Shown here: piece after piece, positions 60,235 to 64,000 of the stretch
Numbering within the stretch: position 1 is the first letter of the stretch
How the letters are laid out: every line of letters begins with the position of its first letter
NCBI GenBank assembly: GCA_963664435.2
Contig: CAXXKM010000002.1
Span: forward strand, 800,001-864,000
Length of the DNA stretch: 64,000 nt
Direction of reading: 5' to 3'
Source: Longimicrobiales bacterium
GTDB taxonomy: Bacteria; Gemmatimonadota; Gemmatimonadetes; Longimicrobiales; Gaopeijiaceae
Notes under the pieces: model-generated
Told to the model about the DNA's origin: nothing
What the model saw: the letters and a program-made list of their open reading frames with translations, nothing else
The model's database searches: none
Translations under genes and position numbers: made by a program

Positions 60235-63200
60235 ATGGACCCGCCGCCCTTGGACTTCAACGGAGATCCCGAGCGCCTCTCGCTGTTCGTCGAACGTCTT
60301 CGTCTCCAGCACGGCTATCAGTTCAACCCGGCCTTCGCGAGCGAGATATCCCGGATCGATCCGCTGCCGCACCAGCGCAGCGCGGTCTACGACCACATGC
60401 TGGGCGAGGATCCGCTGCGCTTCCTGCTTGCGGACGACGCGGGTGCGGGAAAGACGATCATGACCGGACTGTGCGTCCGGGGGATGCTCATGCGGGGACG
60501 GATAAGGCGAGTACTCATCGTCCCGCCCGCCGGGCTCGTGGGCAATTGGGAGCAGGAGCTCCGCAACCTGTTCCGTTTGCGGTTCCGCATCGTGTCCGGG
60601 CCGGACGTGCGGATGGGCAATCCGTTCTCGGGGCCGGACAGCGACCGCGTGATCGTATCGGTGGATACGCTTTGGGGGGAGTCCGCATTCGAGGCCCTGG
60701 CCCATCCCGAGACGGACCCCTACGACCTCGTCGTCTTCGACGAGGCCCATAAGCTGAGCGCTTCCGCCGAGCGGGGGCGCGTACGCAAGACCCAGCGCTA
60801 CAAGCTCGCCGAGGCGCTGGCCGGTTGTCCGCCCCCTGCGGAGTACAGCGCGCTCGCCTGGTCGGCGCGACACCTGTTGCTTCTGACCGCCACGCCCCAC
60901 ATGGGGAAGGATTCCCCATACCATCATCTGTGGCGCCTGCTCGACCACCGGGTCTTCGGAGCCGAAGAGGCGTTCAAGAGAGCCGGGCCCGCCACCCGAG
61001 CCCACCATTTCGTTCGCCGCACCAAGGAAGAGATGGTCGACTTCGACGGCAAGCCCATCTTCCGCGAGCGGCACTGCGACACCTTCGGGTACGACCTCTC
61101 ACCCGGAACGGACGGCGAACGGGCGCTTTACGACCGGACCACTTTTTATCTGCTGCACACCTACAACCTCGCCTCGGGGAACCAACAGGCGGCGAGGCTC
61201 GCGATGGGTGTGTTCCAGCGAAGGCTGGTCAGTTCAACCTGGGCTCTGCTCAAGTCGTTCGAGCGCCGGATCGGGAAGTTGGGCCAAATGGTTGACCACC
61301 TCGAAGCAGGTCGGCTCGACCTCACGGGCCTCCGCAGCGCGCAGGGGGCTCTGACCGCGAAGTACAGTGCGGACTACTTTGACGCGCATGACGCGTCGGA
61401 TGACATGGACGACGACACTCGCCGCGAGAGGAGCGCGGACTACGAGGATTCCGTGCTCGGAGCCGTCGTCGCCGTTTCGGCCGAAGAGCTTCGCGAGGAA
61501 ATCAAGACCCTGGAGGATCTGAGCGGACGCGCCCGGCGCCTCGTCGAGTCAGGCCACGAGTCGAAGTTCGAGCGGTTGCGCGAAGTGCTGGAGCACCCCG
61601 GCCAAGGTGAGGAGAAATGGCTTGTCTTCAGCGAGCACCGTGACACGGTCGACTACCTGATCGAGCGTCTGGAAGGACTTGGTTACGCGGGACTGGTGGC
61701 GTCGATCCACGGCGGAATGACGTGGCAGGAAAGGGAGGAGCAGGTAGAACGGTTCCGCGACTCGAATGGAGCGCGGTTCCTCGTGGCGACCGACGCCGCG
61801 GGCGAGGGCATCAACCTCCAGTTCTGTCGTCTGATGGTGAACTACGACATTCCTTGGAATCCCGCGCGGTTGGAGCAGCGGATGGGGCGCATCCACCGTT
61901 ATGGCCAGAAACACGATGTGCGGATCGTGAACTTGGTGTCCACCGACACGAGGGAGGGCCGGGTCCTCCAAGTACTGCTCGAACGACTGGACGCGATTCG
62001 CCGGGAACTGCACTCCGACAAAGTCTTCGACGTGATCGGTCGCCTCTTCGAGAACGAGTCGTTTAGCGAGTACATGCGGGATGCGATGAGCGACGAGGGC
62101 GAGCGGCGCTCCCGCGTCCGTCTTGAGGCCGGACTCGCACCGGGTGCCGTGAGCGACATCGACGCACGGGAGCGGAGACGCTACGGAGGCGGGGGCGACG
62201 TGGCCCGGCGGCTCCCCACAATGCGGGACGCGATCGACCGGGAACGGTATCTACATCTGTTGCCCGCCAATGTGCGCAGGTTTGTCGAGCGAGCATGTCC
62301 GCTACTCGGACTCCGGGTGCGCGGAAATCTGGACAAAACGTTCTCTCTGGTGCCCAGCCGCGCCGGCGCGCTCGATCCGCTGTTGCAGGGTCTGGAGACA
62401 TACCCGGCGGACGCTCGCGAGCGGCTCAGGGTGCGGCGACCGGCGGAAAACGAGCGATGCGTCTGGCTCCATCCCGGCGAGCCAGTCTTTGACGCGATGT
62501 CCGACGAGGTCGCGGCTCGCTGCCGGGAGGACGCCTTCCGGGGAGCGATCTACATCGATCCGCGCGCCGAGTCCCCGTGCCTGCTTCACCTTGGCGAGAT
62601 CGGGGTCAATGAGGAGGCGGCAGACACGAATTCGTCGGCGCGAGAAACGCTCTCGCGCGAACTGGCCGTCCTCCGGCAGGACGAAGACGGGGTTGTGTCC
62701 AAGGTGTCGCTGGAGGCGTTCGCGTTTCTCCAGAACGCTGACCATGTGCCGCCCGGAGCCGTCCCGCTCGCTGCACGGGCAGCGACGCTCCGCACCGGCG
62801 CGGCCACCCGTCTCGAGGAGGAAGCGGAGCGGCTGGCCCGTGAGCGCCGTGCCGCGCTCGAAGCGGAGTTGCCGGAACGGCGCAGGAGGGTCGGGATCAA
62901 CTTCAATCTACGGGCGGCCGAACTGGCGGACCGCCGAAGTGCGCTTTCCAAGAGCGCGCGGGCCGACCCGGACGAAAGGGAACGGGTCGTGCGGGAACAG
63001 AAGGCCCTTGGGGAGCAGCGTGCCTTGACCTTCGAGGAACTCAGCGCCGCGCCTCGTCGCATCGTGCCGGGCCACGTGCGGTTCCTCGCGCACGCTCTGG
63101 TGCTGCCGGCGACCGGGGACGAAGAGAGGGAAGCCTTCGACGCCGATGTCGAGCGCACCGCGATGGCCATCGCCACCTTGTGGGAGCGGAGCCGGGGCGC

Positions 63201-63540
63201 AGAGGTGAAGGACGTTTCAACAGCGCGGCTCGCCAGGAAGGCGGGGCTGGGGGACCACCCCGGCTTCGACCTTCTGGCGGTGGGTGCCGATGGCGAAAAG
63301 CGCCACATCGAGGTGAAGGGCCGATCCGGTCGGGACGAAGTGTGGATGGAGGAGAACGAGTACCGGAAGGCCTGCAATCTCCGCCAGGACTACTGGCTGT
63401 ACGTCGTCCTGGATTGCGCCTCGTCCGTTCCGCGCCTGTCGCGGGTGAGGGATCCATTCTCAAAGCTGTTGGCGAAGCAAACGACCCGGATGAGGATTTC
63501 TGCGGGAGAGGTGCTGAGGGCGGCCGAGGCCGAGGAATGA
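60235..63540 (+). CDS. SNF2-family helicase with C-terminal DUF3883 nuclease-like domain
   Basis: LLADDAGAGKT, DEAH, TATPH, EGINLQ, EQRMGRIHRYGQ, GFDL..IEVKG. Confidence 0.92.
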   Translation: MDPPPLDFNGDPERLSLFVERLRLQHGYQFNPAFASEISRIDPLPHQRSAVYDHMLGEDPLRFLLADDAGAGKTIMTGLCVRGMLMRGRIRRVLIVPPAGLVGNWEQELRNLFRLRFRIVSGPDVRMGNPFSGPDSDRVIVSVDTLWGESAFEALAHPETDPYDLVVFDEAHKLSASAERGRVRKTQRYKLAEALAGCPPPAEYSALAWSARHLLLLTATPHMGKDSPYHHLWRLLDHRVFGAEEAFKRAGPATRAHHFVRRTKEEMVDFDGKPIFRERHCDTFGYDLSPGTDGERALYDRTTFYLLHTYNLASGNQQAARLAMGVFQRRLVSSTWALLKSFERRIGKLGQMVDHLEAGRLDLTGLRSAQGALTAKYSADYFDAHDASDDMDDDTRRERSADYEDSVLGAVVAVSAEELREEIKTLEDLSGRARRLVESGHESKFERLREVLEHPGQGEEKWLVFSEHRDTVDYLIERLEGLGYAGLVASIHGGMTWQEREEQVERFRDSNGARFLVATDAAGEGINLQFCRLMVNYDIPWNPARLEQRMGRIHRYGQKHDVRIVNLVSTDTREGRVLQVLLERLDAIRRELHSDKVFDVIGRLFENESFSEYMRDAMSDEGERRSRVRLEAGLAPGAVSDIDARERRRYGGGGDVARRLPTMRDAIDRERYLHLLPANVRRFVERACPLLGLRVRGNLDKTFSLVPSRAGALDPLLQGLETYPADARERLRVRRPAENERCVWLHPGEPVFDAMSDEVAARCREDAFRGAIYIDPRAESPCLLHLGEIGVNEEAADTNSSARETLSRELAVLRQDEDGVVSKVSLEAFAFLQNADHVPPGAVPLAARAATLRTGAATRLEEEAERLARERRAALEAELPERRRRVGINFNLRAAELADRRSALSKSARADPDERERVVREQKALGEQRALTFEELSAAPRRIVPGHVRFLAHALVLPATGDEEREAFDADVERTAMAIATLWERSRGAEVKDVSTARLARKAGLGDHPGFDLLAVGADGEKRHIEVKGRSGRDEVWMEENEYRKACNLRQDYWLYVVLDCASSVPRLSRVRDPFSKLLAKQTTRMRISAGEVLRAAEAEE

Positions 63541-63696
63541 TGACCGCTGCCGTTGCCCGAGCGGCGACCGGAGGTTGCCACGGGGCGCCGGCGGCATGAA
63601 CAATTCACCGTGCCTGGCCGCTCGTCTCCGAGCGACCCAACGACCTCCACGCCGCCTGTTGGCGGGTGCCCCGAGCGAACCCGAGTCCAAGGTGCG

Positions 63697-64000
63697 ATGA
63701 CCCGCCTCTCCGAAACTACGATTCCGCTTCGGCAGATCTCCCTCGACTCGGTCCACGAGAAGCACGTCCGCCACGGCCACATCTCAACGCTCCATATCTG
63801 GCCTGCCCGGCGTCCTCTGGCGGCCAGCCGCTCCATGCTATTGGCGACCCTGCTGCCGGATCCCGGCGACGCGGAAGAGCGGCGACGCTTGGCCGAACTC
63901 TTGGGCGGCCGTCTTGTCCCGAAGAAGCTCAAGGGCGGTGGGGAGGACCCGCACCTAAAGGAGACCGACGGGGGCATTCTCCACTGGGGCCGGGAGAACA
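63697..64000 (+). CDS. DUF1156 adenine methyltransferase N-terminus (runs off window)
   Basis: Manual translation EKHVRHGHISTLHIWPARRPLAASR. Confidence 0.88.
   Translation, partial: MTRLSETTIPLRQISLDSVHEKHVRHGHISTLHIWPARRPLAASRSMLLATLLPDPGDAEERRRLAELLGGRLVPKKLKGGGEDPHLKETDGGILHWGREN

Larger units (their letters stand above)
55260..64000. mobile_element. IME-4: left att core CTACGCG; right end beyond the window
   Basis: Core predicted 60 bp from the GATTCCCGC arm site (55327) coincides with the R-M gene breakpoint. Confidence 0.75.

Noticed and set aside
1..64000. CRISPR array, tRNA or rRNA
   Set aside because: No regularly spaced repeat-spacer array or recognisable tRNA/rRNA seen by eye.

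Overview
GC-rich bacterial DNA. The gene content (PSD1/DUF1553 + DUF1501 pair, TonB, several 6-bladed beta-propeller proteins) is suggestive of a Gemmatimonadota-like organism (inference). About 1-16 kb is mostly intact accessory genes, including a BlaI/BlaR1 module with visible tandem operators. About 16-64 kb is a mosaic island built by one family of small integrative mobilizable elements (IMEs) carrying four paralogous tyrosine integrases. Their att geometry can be read from the sequence: the 7-bp crossover core lies exactly 60 bp from the int-proximal GCGGGAATC arm site and 54 bp from a conserved CTGCACGATCTGCG box on the other arm. IME-2 (32121-39147, core CGATTCG, ColE1-type mbeCABD) sits inside the integrase 5' leader of IME-1 (30847-43133, core CGTTACG). 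IME-3 is a truncated inverted relative. IME-4 (from 55260, core CTACGCG) interrupts an MmeI-like restriction-modification gene and probably carries an SNF2/DUF1156 defence operon off the window edge. An IS110 element (51557-52912) has a bridge RNA whose four guide segments match its own junctions. The rest of the island is decayed duplicated modules, IS remnants (IS21, IS481, IS1595) and defence genes (GmrSD-like, NYN). All calls are by eye; no database searches were run.
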